This document shows, piece by piece, positions 1-8,737 of a stretch of DNA of 14,606 nucleotides; position 1 is the stretch's first letter, and each line of letters opens with the position of its first letter. The translations under genes were made by a program, and so were the position numbers. The notes beneath the pieces were generated by a model. It was given only the letters and a program-made list of their open reading frames with translations, was not told the DNA's origin and ran no database searches. Location: the NCBI GenBank assembly GCA_030586555.1, contig JAURAC010000014.1, forward strand, positions 1-14,606, in the 5' to 3' direction. The stretch is from Candidatus Subterrananammoxibius californiae. Its GTDB lineage: Bacteria > Planctomycetota > Brocadiia > Brocadiales > Subterrananammoxibiaceae.

Positions 1-237
1 AAATGGAGCTATCCAACAGGGGATTCCATTTCTTCATCTGCAACCATTGACGCTGATGGCACTATTTATATAGGCTCATGGAATGGAAATTTATACGCAT
101 TTAATCCTGATGGAACTATTAAATGGAGTTATAATACATTTGACCCTATTCTTTCCTCTCCATCCATTGGTCTTGAAGGGAGTATTTACATTGGATGCAC
201 AGATTACAAGCTCTATGCTTTCGGGAAAAAACAATAA
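1..237 (+). CDS. C-terminal fragment of a PQQ-binding-like beta-propeller repeat protein (truncated by the window edge)
   Basis: Frame 1 is open from base 1 to TAA at 235-237: KWSYPTGDSISSSATIDADGTIYIGSWNGNLYAFNPDGTIKWSYNTFDPILSSPSIGLEGSIYIGCTDYKLYAFGKKQ*. It contains two ~40-aa repeats (KWsY...SS..I...G.IYIG....LYAF) typical of PQQ/BamB-like propeller blades. It is absent from the ORF track because no start codon is included. Confidence 0.85.
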   Translation, partial: KWSYPTGDSISSSATIDADGTIYIGSWNGNLYAFNPDGTIKWSYNTFDPILSSPSIGLEGSIYIGCTDYKLYAFGKKQ

Positions 238-252
238 ATACAGAGTTGCGCA

Positions 253-284
253 TCGTAGGGGTAATTCATGAATTGCCCCTACGA
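253..284. repeat. GTAG-type REP-like palindrome
   Basis: tc-GTAGGGGTAATTCATGAATTGCCCCTAC-ga is a 32-nt intergenic inverted repeat with one T/G mismatch and GTAG...CTAC ends. Confidence 0.85.
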
Positions 285-306
285 CTTTACAGAAGGGATG
301 TAAATA

Positions 307-1509
307 GTGATAGGAATTTCAAAATTATACTGTGGTACGGTGGAACCTTCAGATGCGTTACGGTACGGAAGGGAATCAAAGAAACTACCTTCTCACTTGC
401 TTCAGTTTTCCAGTGATAAAAAGCCTGTAGTGGTCTGGAGCGTTGGGCAGAGATGCAATTTAAAGTGCATCCATTGTTATTCTCAATCAAAGGACATTGA
501 GTATCCCGATGAGCTGACAACGAAAGAGGCAAAGGCAATGCTTGACGACCTGGCTGAGTTTGGGGCACCAGTTATTCTCTTCTCTGGCGGCGAGCCAATA
601 ATGAGGCCTGATTTGCTTGAATTAATAGCTTATGCCAAAGACAAGGGCTTGCGAGCTGTTATTAGCACCAACGGCACATTGATTTCAGAAGAAAAAGCCA
701 GTGCATTAAAAAATATAGGCCTTTCATATGTGGGCATAAGCCTTGATGGAATCAAGGAAACCAACGACCGCTTCAGAGGTGTAATTGGGGCGTTTGACGC
801 AGCCCTTCAGGGCATAAGGAACTGCCAACGGGTTGGGATAAAGGTCGGACTGCGGTTCACTATAAATAAGAGAAACGCAAAGGATATTCCCGCAATCTTT
901 GATTTGATAGAGGAGGAAGGTATCCCGAGGGTCTGTTTTTACCACCTTGTCTATTCCGGAAGGGGGTCCAAATTAATTGATGAGGATTTGTCTCATGAGG
1001 AGACTCGCCAGGTTGTTGACCTCATCATGGACAAGACTAAGGATTTCCATAATAGAGGGAAGAAATTGGAGGTCTTGACGGTAGATAATCATGCCGATGG
1101 TCCGTACGTGTATTTAAGACTGCTTAAGGAAGACCCAGAGCGTGCAAAGGAAGTTTATGAACTACTTATGATGAATGAGGGGAATAGTTCTGGCAAGGGC
1201 ATTGCGTGCATAAGCTGGGACGGTTCCGTTCATGCAGACCAATTCTGGCGGCAATATACCTTTGGAAACGTTCGACAGAGACGGTTTAGTGAAATATGGA
1301 CAGACACGTCTAATGAACTTATGGCGAAACTCAAGGATAAAAAGCCATATCTCAAAGGACGCTGTGCAAAATGCAAGTGGCTGAATATCTGTGGTGGCAA
1401 CTTCAGGGCAAGGGCAGAAGCATATTATGGCGATATGTGGGCGGCTGACCCCGCCTGTTATTTAACAGATAAAGAAATTGGGTTAAAAATGGAGGCGGTT
1501 AAAGTTTAA
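307..1509 (+). CDS. ahbC: Radical SAM/SPASM enzyme, 12,18-didecarboxysiroheme deacetylase (Fe-coproporphyrin III synthase, NirJ1/AhbC) of the siroheme-dependent heme pathway
   Basis: GTG start with AGAAGGGA upstream. The N-terminus MIGISKLYCGTVEPSDALRYGR...PSHLLQFSSDKKPVVVW is characteristic of AhbC. It has CxxxCxxC (CNLKCIHC), SGGEP, and a C-terminal CAKC-x5-CGG...DPAC SPASM-type motif. Confidence 0.9.
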   Translation: MIGISKLYCGTVEPSDALRYGRESKKLPSHLLQFSSDKKPVVVWSVGQRCNLKCIHCYSQSKDIEYPDELTTKEAKAMLDDLAEFGAPVILFSGGEPIMRPDLLELIAYAKDKGLRAVISTNGTLISEEKASALKNIGLSYVGISLDGIKETNDRFRGVIGAFDAALQGIRNCQRVGIKVGLRFTINKRNAKDIPAIFDLIEEEGIPRVCFYHLVYSGRGSKLIDEDLSHEETRQVVDLIMDKTKDFHNRGKKLEVLTVDNHADGPYVYLRLLKEDPERAKEVYELLMMNEGNSSGKGIACISWDGSVHADQFWRQYTFGNVRQRRFSEIWTDTSNELMAKLKDKKPYLKGRCAKCKWLNICGGNFRARAEAYYGDMWAADPACYLTDKEIGLKMEAVKV

Positions 1510-1526
1510 CAAGAAGGGAGGAAAAA

Positions 1527-2117
1527 TTGGAAGAGCAGTTAACAAAAAAAGTGTTCAAAAGGGGTGAACCTGTTCTTTTGGAGGGTGCGGAAAGTTACGA
1601 TGTTTATGTCATCCTCTCTGGAGAGGCCGAGTTAGTTAAAAGTTATCTTGGGGAGCCGATCGGTATCAGGACGTTTAAAAAGGGGGATGTCTTTGGTGCA
1701 AGTGGATTGATTACGAAATCTCCCAGGTTTGCCACAATAATAGCAAAGACTGATTTAGAGTTAGGAATGATGTACCGGGAGGACTTTTTAAGCATTTTAG
1801 AAAAACTTCCTCCAGATGTCTATACTATGTTGAATAGCATGGTGGCTCAACTAAGGGCATCTTATGAGGTAAGTGCTGAATTAGCCGTCAATACGAAAAA
1901 GATGCAGAATATTAAAGAAAAAATGAAATCCTTGAACAAGGATAAGCGTAAAGAATATTTTACTCAATCGCCGGAAATTGTTCAATCTACGATTATCTCG
2001 ATACGGCGAGGCTTAACAGAAATGATTCATAATTTCTCAAAAATGGCGAACCAGTTAGATAAAACTGTTAGTGAGATTGATACTCTCTTTGCTCAGATTA
2101 GGGAACCACGGTCATAA
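1527..2117 (+). CDS. Cyclic-nucleotide-binding (Crp-type sensory) domain protein with helical C-terminal extension, paralog 1
   Basis: TTG start after GGGAGG. CNB-fold motifs FKRGE..EG....VYVILSGEAEL...GDVFG.......PRFATIIAKTD. The C-terminus looks helical and has no recognisable HTH. Confidence 0.8.
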   Translation: MEEQLTKKVFKRGEPVLLEGAESYDVYVILSGEAELVKSYLGEPIGIRTFKKGDVFGASGLITKSPRFATIIAKTDLELGMMYREDFLSILEKLPPDVYTMLNSMVAQLRASYEVSAELAVNTKKMQNIKEKMKSLNKDKRKEYFTQSPEIVQSTIISIRRGLTEMIHNFSKMANQLDKTVSEIDTLFAQIREPRS

Positions 2118-2190
2118 CATCTTGTTGTAGATAGCTATCAGACAATGCCAGAAATTTCACTTTAATTTACTTTTAATAGGAGGGAAAAAA

Positions 2191-2781
2191 ATGGAACAGT
2201 TCTTAACAAAAAAGAATTTCAAGAAGGGGGAAACTATCATTAAGGAGGGGTCGGAAAGTTACGATGTTTATATCATTCTGTCAGGCGAGGCGGAGATACT
2301 TAAAACCTATTTTGGTAAGACGGTTGCTGTCAGGACACTTAAAAAGGGTGACGTTTTTGGCGCACTTGCATTGATTGCTAAATCCCCACGGGTTGCCAAT
2401 GTAGTAGCAAAAACCGATTTAGAGGTGGGTCTGATTTACCGGGATGATTTTCTAAGTATGTTAGAAAAACTTCCTGCCGAGGTCAGTGAAATTTTGAAGG
2501 GCATGGTAACCCAATTAAGGGACGCTTATGAGGTAAGCGCAGAATTAGTCATACATACAAAAAAGATGCTCAGTATTAAAGAAAGACTTGAGTCTTTGCA
2601 ATGGGAAAAGCTTAAAGATTATTCAAATCAACTGCCAGAAGTAGCTCAAATTGTGGTCACTTCATTAGAACATGGCTTAGCAGATATGCTTCATAGTTAC
2701 TTTAAGCTTGCAAACCAGTTAGATAGAGCAGTTATTGATGTTGATAATATCTTTACTCAGAGTACCGGAGTACGGACATAA
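2191..2781 (+). CDS. Cyclic-nucleotide-binding domain protein with helical C-terminal extension, paralog 2
   Basis: ATG start after AGGAGG. It has the same length as paralog 1 (196 aa) and aligns without gaps; my hand count is about 109/196 identities (~56%). Confidence 0.8.
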   Translation: MEQFLTKKNFKKGETIIKEGSESYDVYIILSGEAEILKTYFGKTVAVRTLKKGDVFGALALIAKSPRVANVVAKTDLEVGLIYRDDFLSMLEKLPAEVSEILKGMVTQLRDAYEVSAELVIHTKKMLSIKERLESLQWEKLKDYSNQLPEVAQIVVTSLEHGLADMLHSYFKLANQLDRAVIDVDNIFTQSTGVRT

Positions 2782-2882
2782 CATTTGTTATAAAGACTTC
2801 CCAAATGATAACAGAATCTTCCGTATAGAGTACCTTGAGTTTATCGGGGGGTTGTACAACACACAACTTGGTGCTGCGTAAT

Positions 2883-5800
2883 TTAATAATATTCCTGTAG
2901 CGCCTTTACATTAAGTTCGCCATTAATGAGCGCCTCGATGGCTTCGGCTGCGGCTTTTGCCCCTGCGATGGTTGTGAAGTACGGTATCTGGTGAACCAGC
3001 GCTGTCCTGCGAATAGAATAAGAATCCTTTTGTGCCTCCTTACCCTCTACGGTATTAATAACTAATTGTATTTCGTTATTCTTTATGCGGTCAACGATAT
3101 GAGGTCGTCCTTCTTTGACCTTTAATACAGGAACGGCTGGCACATCGTGCCGATTCAGAAATTCTGCAGTTCCACTCGTTGCGACAATCTTAAAGCCCAG
3201 CTTGCAAAGTTTATCCGCCACAGGCACAGCAAGTGGTTTATCCTTTTCCCTTACGCTAAAAAAGACCGTGCCAGAAAAAGGAAGGCTTCCGTTAACCGCC
3301 ATCTGTGATTTAGCAAATGCCCTTGCAAAGTTTGTATCAAGCCCCATTACCTCTCCTGTGGACTTCATCTCTGGACCAAGGATCGTATCAACGCCGGGGA
3401 ATTTTATAAATGGAAAGACTGCCTCTTTCACGGCAAAATGCTTAATGCTGCTTTTGGTTACATCAAGCTCACTCAGCATCATCCCAGCCATCACCTTTGC
3501 GGCAATCTTGGCGAGAGGAATTCCAATAGCCTTACTCACAAATGGTATCGTCCTTGATGCCCTCGGGTTTACTTCAAGCACATAGACCACGCCGTTCTTT
3601 ATTGCATACTGGATGTTTATAAGGCCCGTCACGTTAAGTTCCAGAGCAAGGGTTTTCGTTTGACACTCTATCTCTTTTATCAAGTCCTTTCCCAGGGAAT
3701 ATGGCGGTAAGGAGCAAGCGCTATCTCCAGAATGGATGCCAGCCTCCTCGATATGTTCCATTACACCGCCAATAAAGACATCCTTCTTGTCGCAGACTGC
3801 ATCCACGTCAATTTCAATTGCATCCTGCAGGAATTTATCAATGAGGATAGGATGCTCTGGAGAAACTCGAACGGCACGATGAACGTATTCTTCCAGTTCA
3901 CCCTTATCATAAATAATTGCCATAGCCCGTCCGCCAAGCACGTAAGAGGGCCTTACAAGAACAGGATAGGTAATTTGGGCTGCAATCTTTTCTGCCTCTT
4001 TCAGCGACCTTGCGCAGCCGTTATCAGGTTGTTTCAAATCGAGTTTTCGTAGGACGTTGGCAAACCTTTCTCTGTCCTCCGCACGGTCAATATCATCAGG
4101 GCTTGTACCAAGGATTCTTACACCCTCCTTTTCGAGTGGCAACGCAAGTTTAAGGGGTGTCTGTCCTCCAAACTGGACGATTACCCCTTCGGGTTTCTCC
4201 TTCTCAACTATTGCCAGAACGTCCTCAAACGTCAGCGGCTCGAAGTAAAGCCTATCTGAGGTATCATAATCGGTGCTTACAGTTTCAGGGTTGCAATTAA
4301 CCATTATGGTTTCATAGCCTATCTCCCGTAGCGCCATGACAGCATGAACACAACAATAGTCAAACTCAATCCCCTGACCGATGCGGTTTGGCCCGCTTCC
4401 TAATATCATTACCTTCTTTCTGGATGTAGACTCTGCCTCACATTCAGTTTCATAGGTAGAGTAGAGATAAGGGGTAAATGCCTTAAATTCGGCGGCACAG
4501 GTGTCCACTCTTTTAAAGACAGGCTTAATATTGAATTTGTGGCGTGTATTTCGGATTGTCCCCTCGTCTGTACTGGATAGCTCTGCAATGCGAATATCAG
4601 AAAGACCGTATTCCTTTGCCACCCTCAGTAAATCAGGTGGAGGCAACGGATGATGACGTATTTCTTCTTCCAAATCTAAAATTTGCTTGATATTGTAAAG
4701 AAACCAGCTGTCAATCTTTGTCAGCTCATATATTTCATCAGGGCTCATTCCTATACGCAAGCCATCGGCAATATACCATAGCCTATCCCATGTAGGGACC
4801 CTTAACTTTTCCTTAATGAACGCTCTTTTTTCGCTATTAGACCATTGAGTGCTTTGCTTTGGCATCAACTCTGTTAACCCATAACGGTCAATCTCGAGTG
4901 ACCTTATTGCCTTCCCCAGCGCCTCCTTAAAGGTTCTGCCAATTGCCATGACCTCTCCCACGGATTTCATTTGTGTGGTAAGTGTGGCATCAGCATCGGG
5001 AAATTTCTCGAAGTTAAACCTCGGAAACTTAACAACGCAATAGTCTATAGAAGGCTCAAAAGATGCGGGGGTATAGCACGTAATATCGTTTGGTATCTCG
5101 TCCAGAGTATAGCCTATAGCCAGCTTTGCTGCAATCTTTGCAATGGGAAAACCAGTTGCCTTAGAAGCAAGCGCAGAACTGCGTGAGACTCTCGGGTTCA
5201 TCTCGATTGCAACCATCTTACCATCGTTGGGATTTATTGCAAATTGTATGTTAGAGCCACCCGTTTCAACCCCTATTTCCCTTATAATCTTTATGGCTGC
5301 ATCACGCATATACTGATACTCTCTATCAGTCAGGGTTTGGGCTGGCGCCACCGTTATGCTGTCACCCGTATGAATGCCCATTGGGTCAAGGTTCTCAATG
5401 GAGCAGATAATCACCACATTATCCTTGATGTCTCGCATCACCTCAAGTTCGTATTCCTTCCACCCAATAACAGATTCTTCGACAAGAATCTGATGCACAG
5501 GGCTTGCTTCAAGACCAAATTTTACATAGCCCTCGTACTCTTCAAGGTTATAAGCAATATTGCCACCCGTTCCACCGAGTGTAAAGGAAGGTCTTATGAT
5601 AATAGGAAAGCCGATTTGCTCAGCAGCCTTTATTGCCTCTGCCTGCGACTGAACGTACATGCTCCTTGGGACAGAGAGACCGATGTGTTTCATTGCTTCT
5701 TTAAAGAGCAGCCTATCCTCCGCCTTCTTTATCGCATCAAGTTTTGCACCAATCATCTCCACGTTAAAATCATTTAAGGTGCCGTTCTTTGCCAGTTCAA

Positions 5801-6098
5801 CGGCAAGGTTTAGACCTGTCTGTCCGCCCAGGGTTGGGAGCAAGGCATCAGGACGCTCCTTTTTAATAATCTCTGCAAGTATTTCAGGACAAAGTGGCTC
5901 TACGTAAGTTTTATTAGCTACCTCCGGGTCAGTCATAATCGTGGCAGGGTTGCTATTAACGAGAGTTACCTCATAACCCTCATCCCTCAGCGCCTTACAT
6001 GCCTGGGTGCCAGAGTAATCAAACTCACAAGCCTGGCCTATAACAATGGGCCCTGAGCCTATTATAAGTATCTTCTTAATATCTGTTCGTTTTGGCAT
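2883..6098 (-). CDS. carB: Carbamoyl-phosphate synthase large subunit
   Basis: 1071 aa. It starts [30 protein letters not shown], has a duplicated ATP-grasp ([38 protein letters not shown]) and a C-terminal MGS-like domain. Confidence 0.98.
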   Translation of the reverse strand: MPKRTDIKKILIIGSGPIVIGQACEFDYSGTQACKALRDEGYEVTLVNSNPATIMTDPEVANKTYVEPLCPEILAEIIKKERPDALLPTLGGQTGLNLAVELAKNGTLNDFNVEMIGAKLDAIKKAEDRLLFKEAMKHIGLSVPRSMYVQSQAEAIKAAEQIGFPIIIRPSFTLGGTGGNIAYNLEEYEGYVKFGLEASPVHQILVEESVIGWKEYELEVMRDIKDNVVIICSIENLDPMGIHTGDSITVAPAQTLTDREYQYMRDAAIKIIREIGVETGGSNIQFAINPNDGKMVAIEMNPRVSRSSALASKATGFPIAKIAAKLAIGYTLDEIPNDITCYTPASFEPSIDYCVVKFPRFNFEKFPDADATLTTQMKSVGEVMAIGRTFKEALGKAIRSLEIDRYGLTELMPKQSTQWSNSEKRAFIKEKLRVPTWDRLWYIADGLRIGMSPDEIYELTKIDSWFLYNIKQILDLEEEIRHHPLPPPDLLRVAKEYGLSDIRIAELSSTDEGTIRNTRHKFNIKPVFKRVDTCAAEFKAFTPYLYSTYETECEAESTSRKKVMILGSGPNRIGQGIEFDYCCVHAVMALREIGYETIMVNCNPETVSTDYDTSDRLYFEPLTFEDVLAIVEKEKPEGVIVQFGGQTPLKLALPLEKEGVRILGTSPDDIDRAEDRERFANVLRKLDLKQPDNGCARSLKEAEKIAAQITYPVLVRPSYVLGGRAMAIIYDKGELEEYVHRAVRVSPEHPILIDKFLQDAIEIDVDAVCDKKDVFIGGVMEHIEEAGIHSGDSACSLPPYSLGKDLIKEIECQTKTLALELNVTGLINIQYAIKNGVVYVLEVNPRASRTIPFVSKAIGIPLAKIAAKVMAGMMLSELDVTKSSIKHFAVKEAVFPFIKFPGVDTILGPEMKSTGEVMGLDTNFARAFAKSQMAVNGSLPFSGTVFFSVREKDKPLAVPVADKLCKLGFKIVATSGTAEFLNRHDVPAVPVLKVKEGRPHIVDRIKNNEIQLVINTVEGKEAQKDSYSIRRTALVHQIPYFTTIAGAKAAAEAIEALINGELNVKALQEYY

Positions 6099-6129
6099 GC
6101 AAAGAACCTTCTAATAAGTAATTCAATAA

Positions 6130-6261
6130 AAATATCCAAACGAAAAATTTAAAATTAAAATGGTTAAAACAATCTGTTACCACCCCATAATCCCCTCCTT
6201 CGCAAGGAGGGGAAAAAGGGGAGGTGAAATTTTTACTTTTTAATTTTCCATTTAGATATTT
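6130..6261. repeat. Nested inverted repeat: AT-rich outer arms around a GC-rich hairpin
   Basis: The outer arms 6130-6160 and 6231-6261 match as reverse complements at 26/31 positions. The inner perfect 10-bp stem TCCCCTCCTT-cgc-AAGGAGGGGA lies at 6191-6213 and is bracketed by CACC (6181) ... GGTG (6226). Confidence 0.8.
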
Positions 6262-6291
6262 CTATTTAGTTTTTTCCACTTATCGTTTTAT

Positions 6292-6714
6292 CTACCGCTC
6301 CAAAAAGACTTCCACTTGCTTTACATTATCATCTATATCAGTCTCACCAGGCACAGGCTCTAACTCTGCACGTATTACGTAAGTTCCTTCCTTTAGTCTT
6401 TCAGTATTCCAGCTATATACAATCTTGTGAGATGCCAGACCGTCCAGCGCTTTAGCTTCCATACCTATTTGTTGTTCTGTTGTAAGACACGTTACCGTTA
6501 ATACAGTCGTCAGCTTTGTCGGTGTCTCATTGCCAATAACCACTTCAATATTAACATTTCTTCCGATAGTAGCTCTCATGGGAGCGTCCAGCGATACTAC
6601 AGCGACCCCATGCACCTCCTCTTCTTTTTCCTTCTCAGCGGCAAGGCTGTAAGATGACCCGATTGATAATAATAAAATAACCCCGATAAATCTCCAACCC
6701 TTTGTATTTATCAT
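6292..6714 (-). CDS. Small secreted CARDB/Ig-like single-domain protein
   Basis: Strong RBS (GAGGAGGG) and a Sec-like signal peptide (MINTKGWRFIGVILLLSIGSSYSLA). The mature part shows a CARDB-like pattern: VAVVSLDAP...G.NVNIEVVIGNE...YSWNT...GTYVIRAE......ETDIDDN. Confidence 0.75.
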   Translation of the reverse strand: MINTKGWRFIGVILLLSIGSSYSLAAEKEKEEEVHGVAVVSLDAPMRATIGRNVNIEVVIGNETPTKLTTVLTVTCLTTEQQIGMEAKALDGLASHKIVYSWNTERLKEGTYVIRAELEPVPGETDIDDNVKQVEVFLER

Positions 6715-6734
6715 TTTAAAGTCCCTCCTCTTTC

Positions 6735-7919
6735 TTAGCTTTTTTCTGCTTCCATTAGTGCTATAAACCTTTCAAACAAATATCCCGCATCGTGCGGACC
6801 CGGGGATGCCTCTGGATGATACTGGATGCCAAAGGCAGGGATGTCCTTGCACTCAATGCCTTCTACAGATTTGTCATTCAGATTTATATGGGTAATCTCT
6901 ACGCGTCCAAATGCGTTACCCTTTCTTGAATCTGCATCCACAGCAAAGCCATGATTCTGGGCAGTTATTTCAACCTTTCTGGTAGTCAAGTCCATTACAG
7001 GCTGATTTGCACCGTGATGACCAAATTTTAGCTTGTATGTTTTATAGCCGAGACTTAATCCCATAATTTGCTGTCCGAGGCAGATGCCAAAGACAGGCTT
7101 TTTGCCAAGCAGTTGCCTGGTATTTTCAATCATATATGAGACGGCTTCAGGGTCGCCGGGACCATTTGAAAGCAATACCCCATCTGGTTTCATTGCTAAA
7201 ACCTCATCAGCCTTAGTGTTGGCTGGCACGATAGTCACCTTACACCCACAGTTAACCAACTTGCGAATAATGTTATATTTGACTCCGCAGTCATAGACAA
7301 CCACGTGGAAAGATCTGGAATATGCTTTTTGCGGTTTCTGAAAAATGTCAAGTTGTCCGCCTAAGGCGGATTTTTCACCTTCTTTGAATTCAGCCTCTGT
7401 GCTTTCTTGTTCCCATTCATACATCTTCTCACAGGTTACATGCTTTACGAGGTCTTTCCCTACCATGCCTGGAGACGCTTTAGCCTTGTTAATAAGACTT
7501 TCTGGATTAGTGTCAATTGTGGAAATTACCCCTTCCTGTGCGCCAAAATCCCTTATATGCTTTGTCAAAGCACGTGTATCTATACCCTGAATACCTACGA
7601 TTCCGTAACGTTTTAGAAATGTTTCTAAGTCCCACCGAGAACGCCAGTTGCTTGGGTAAACACTGCTTTCCTTAATAATAAACCCTTTTAAGTAAGTTCT
7701 TAAGGATTCGAGGTCAATTTCGTTTGTACCGTAGTTGCCGATAAGCGGATAGGTTAAGGTAACAATCTGTCCCTCGTAGGATGGGTCGGTAAGTATCTCT
7801 TGATACCCCGCCATGCTTGTATTAAAGACCACCTCTCCGATGGTTTCACCCTCAACGCCAAGCGAATATCCTTTAAAGACGGTGCCGTCCGCAAGCGCAA
7901 TAATAGCATTTTTTCTCAT
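6735..7919 (-). CDS. carA: Carbamoyl-phosphate synthase small (glutaminase) subunit
   Basis: Motifs GEVVFNTSMAGYQEILTDPSY, SNGPGDP, FGICLG (catalytic Cys), FGHHGANQPV, QNHGFAVD and QYHPEASPGPHD. AGGAGA RBS. Confidence 0.98.
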   Translation of the reverse strand: MRKNAIIALADGTVFKGYSLGVEGETIGEVVFNTSMAGYQEILTDPSYEGQIVTLTYPLIGNYGTNEIDLESLRTYLKGFIIKESSVYPSNWRSRWDLETFLKRYGIVGIQGIDTRALTKHIRDFGAQEGVISTIDTNPESLINKAKASPGMVGKDLVKHVTCEKMYEWEQESTEAEFKEGEKSALGGQLDIFQKPQKAYSRSFHVVVYDCGVKYNIIRKLVNCGCKVTIVPANTKADEVLAMKPDGVLLSNGPGDPEAVSYMIENTRQLLGKKPVFGICLGQQIMGLSLGYKTYKLKFGHHGANQPVMDLTTRKVEITAQNHGFAVDADSRKGNAFGRVEITHINLNDKSVEGIECKDIPAFGIQYHPEASPGPHDAGYLFERFIALMEAEKS

Positions 7920-7973
7920 TTTTTCTCCTGTCTGAATCCAGACATTATATTTAAGTTTCTAAGTACATATTTG

Positions 7974-8002
7974 ATACTACTTGCTTGAAGGTGTTATGTC
8001 AA
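7974..8002 (-). promoter_or_regulatory. Putative sigma70 promoter for carA-CARDB-carB
   Basis: Minus strand: TTGACA (8002-7997), 17-nt spacer, TAGTAT (7979-7974). Confidence 0.65.
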
Positions 8003-8017
8003 GTCAAAGTTTTTTTC

Positions 8018-8046
8018 TTGACACCCTCGTTAGATTCGCATAATAT
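8018..8046 (+). promoter_or_regulatory. Putative sigma70 promoter for pgsA-like/ribBA
   Basis: TTGACA (8018-8023), 17-nt spacer, TAATAT (8041-8046). Confidence 0.65.
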
Positions 8047-8112
8047 AATAATTTGTAGACGGTTAACTTACGAAGGCTGGGGGGGGACTATCTGGAGCTT
8101 GGTTTTGAAGCG

Positions 8113-8673
8113 ATGTCTTTACCTAATAAAATCAGCTTGACTCGAATCGTTTTCATCCTACCATTTGTCCTCTGTATTATCCAGGTACAAAATAACGACT
8201 TATATAGATATATTGCACTTGCCATGATATTTGTACTTGGTGTAACTGACGCATTAGACGGATACCTTGCCAGGAGAAGAAACGAAATAACGAAATTAGG
8301 AAGGTATCTTGACCCTGTAGCGGATAAACTGCTATTAGTGACGTCATGTATATTGCTATCTTCTAAAATCTGGCCTGAGCCCAGACTCCCCAACTGGTTA
8401 TCAGCCATAATATTGAGCCGAGATATATTTATCCTTCTTGGAACCATTGCGTTAATCCTTTTTACGGGCAAGGTAAGCTGTCAGCCAAATACTTTAGGTA
8501 GAGTTACGACGTGTCTACAGGTAATAGCAGTGATGGCGGTATTAATGGGCAATCATCTGCCAATTATTACAGTGATTATATTATCCTGGGTTGCGGCGGT
8601 CTTTACACTTGCCTCAGGTATAAATTATACGTATATGGGGATTAAACAATATAGATTAAAATGCAATTTTTAA
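8113..8673 (+). CDS. CDP-alcohol phosphatidyltransferase family membrane protein (PgsA-like)
   Basis: It starts [11 protein letters not shown], carries the family signature D-x2-DG-x2-AR-x8-G-x3-D-x3-D ([26 protein letters not shown]) and has multiple hydrophobic helices. Substrate cannot be determined. Confidence 0.88.
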   Translation: MSLPNKISLTRIVFILPFVLCIIQVQNNDLYRYIALAMIFVLGVTDALDGYLARRRNEITKLGRYLDPVADKLLLVTSCILLSSKIWPEPRLPNWLSAIILSRDIFILLGTIALILFTGKVSCQPNTLGRVTTCLQVIAVMAVLMGNHLPIITVIILSWVAAVFTLASGINYTYMGIKQYRLKCNF

Positions 8674-8675
8674 AA

Positions 8676-8703
8676 GTAGAGACGCATTGCAATGCGTCTC
8701 TAC
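8676..8703. repeat. GTAG-type REP-like perfect palindrome
   Basis: GTAGAGACGCATTG|CAATGCGTCTCTAC is a 28-nt perfect palindrome beginning 2 nt after the upstream stop codon. Confidence 0.9.
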
Positions 8704-8737
8704 ATCATTTTTTCATAGAGCAGGAGAAGATAGACAA

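Noticed and set aside
83..568. Short ORFs 83-271, 195-416 and 287-568
   Set aside because: They are off-frame or antisense to the propeller gene, the REP and ahbC, and show no motifs.
2822..2880. Possible terminator or palindrome between the convergent CNB gene and carB (GTTGTACAAC at 2851-2860)
   Set aside because: The stems are short or imperfect with no U-tract, so I cannot support a terminator call.
7920..7975. PyrR attenuator or other riboregulator upstream of carA
   Set aside because: The leader is only ~50 nt. It has one 6-bp hairpin (TGTCTG-aatc-CAGACA) beside the RBS and no PyrR-binding or terminator/antiterminator pattern.
3115..7988. Plus-strand ORFs opposite carB and carA
   Set aside because: They are antisense shadows of highly conserved genes and have no protein-like motifs.
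8674..8737. FMN riboswitch before ribBA, and the extended ribBA start at 8687
   Set aside because: The gap is only 64 nt, is largely REP, and has no RFN motifs. The 8687 start lies inside the REP, while ATG 8738 has an RBS.
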